NCBI GenBank assembly: GCA_050949055.1
Contig: JBMNFA010000001.1
Span: 11,116-75,115 of the forward strand
Direction: 5' to 3'
DNA: 64,000 nt
From: Bacillota bacterium
GTDB taxonomy: Bacteria > Bacillota > UBA994 > UBA5500
The notes under the pieces are model-generated. The model worked only from the letters and a program-made list of their open reading frames with translations, had not been told where the DNA came from and made no database searches. Below, piece by piece: positions 62,951 through 64,000 of this stretch. How positions within the stretch are numbered: position 1 is the stretch's first letter; each line of letters begins with the position of its first letter. A program made the position numbers and the translations under genes.

Positions 62951-63232
62951 GACAACAGAGGCTCGGGCCAGGCGCCCGAGCCTCTCATGTTACAGGCACT
63001 GAGACGCCAGCAGTAGCAGATTAGCCATTGTGCAAGAAGTAGTCACGGCGTGGACTAGGCAGCTTGTTGTGCAGCCCGGAGGACAGTAAGATGGTAATGA
63101 GCAGTACTAGCTGCGAAAGAATAAGCGGTGGCACCCCTGACCTGCCAGGTCAGATGGGGTGCGGTAGGGCCTTCTGGCGGCCTACAGACTCTGGCAGCAG
63201 ACTTAGTGTCTCTCTTGAAGGGAAGTTGGTTG

Positions 63233-64000
63233 ATGTTTACACGCCAAATAGGGATCAGATTGGTCTTGCTGGCCCTGGTGTTGCCGCTGGCGCTCGGCTC
63301 AGCCGGGGGCAAAGTGACTGCGGCTGTGGCCTTGGTGCAACCACCGGATATCCGGGCTCAGTCAGCAATCCTGATCGAGTTAAACAGCGGGCAGGTGCTC
63401 TATAGCAAAGGCGCAGAGCAGGCTATGTATCCGGCCAGCCTGACCAAGTTACTGACAGCGCTGGTGGTGCTCAAATATGGCGGCGAGCTGGAGCAGACGG
63501 TGGCGGTGGGCCGGGAAGTGTGGTGGGTAAGGCCGAACAGCAGCCGTGCCGGCCTGCAGTTACACGATCGCATCAGCTTGCGCAATCTGTTCTACGCCCT
63601 GCTGTTGCCATCGGGCAACGATGCGGCCTATGTGGCAGCGGTGCACACCGCCCGCGCCTATGTCGGCGACCCTGCTTTGAGCATTGAGGCGGCATTGCAG
63701 ACCTTCTGTGCGTTGATGAACCAGGAAGCGGAGCGACTGGGAGCCAAAAACAGCAACTTCGTCAATCCAGACGGCTATCACGATGACCGCCATTACAGTA
63801 CCGCCCGAGATTTGGCCCTTATCGCCGGGCAGGTGCTCAAGCAGCAGTTCCTGCGACAGGTGGTCGGCCAGGCACAGATCACTGTGGAATACGTCAACCA
63901 GGGGCGGCGCATCTCCCGCAGCTATGTGAACACCAACCGCCTGATCAACCCGGAGGACCCGTTGTACTATCCTCAGGCGGTAGGGCTGAAGACTGGCACC
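63233..64000 (+). CDS. D-alanyl-D-alanine carboxypeptidase (S11), truncated by the window end
   Basis: Manual translation from ATG 63233 gives a signal peptide, PASLTK, SGNDAA, NPDG, STARDLA and KTGT. Confidence 0.92.
   Translation, partial: MFTRQIGIRLVLLALVLPLALGSAGGKVTAAVALVQPPDIRAQSAILIELNSGQVLYSKGAEQAMYPASLTKLLTALVVLKYGGELEQTVAVGREVWWVRPNSSRAGLQLHDRISLRNLFYALLLPSGNDAAYVAAVHTARAYVGDPALSIEAALQTFCALMNQEAERLGAKNSNFVNPDGYHDDRHYSTARDLALIAGQVLKQQFLRQVVGQAQITVEYVNQGRRISRSYVNTNRLINPEDPLYYPQAVGLKTGT

Noticed and set aside
1-64000. Self-targeting by canonical spacers within the window
   Set aside because: No full-length match noticed by eye. The check was not exhaustive and needs an alignment.

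Overview
GC-rich chromosomal window from an endospore-forming Bacillota-like bacterium (T-boxes, alpha/beta SASP, SLH and copper-amine-oxidase-N proteins, alpha2-type GlyRS). The first ~12.8 kb is a type I-E CRISPR-Cas locus: a 39-repeat array (leader off-window), cas1, an in-frame cas2-cas3 fusion, cas8e, cas11, cas7, cas5, cas6e, a short second array and a stand-alone DEDDh exonuclease. The cas2-cas3 fusion and gene order are I-F-like although all components are I-E. cas3, cas11 and a hisC-like gene carry frameshifts that could be assembly indels. The tail of array 1 continues into hairpin-preserving pseudo-repeats that flank a structured RNA and a guide-like segment partly matching the cas1 upstream region (CreA/CreR-like candidate). 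Two spacers hit the same protein motif with only synonymous differences, implying an AAG PAM. The rest is mostly housekeeping: TPP-riboswitch thiXYZ-like ABC plus TatD, S10/S9 peptidases, T-box glyS and leuS, ade, thrCB, fabZ, a decaying duplicated FtsX/LolD-like ABC cluster, mgtE with an unannotated leader-peptide attenuator, trxA-csoR-like, and a truncated D,D-carboxypeptidase. All calls are by eye from motifs; no searches were run.
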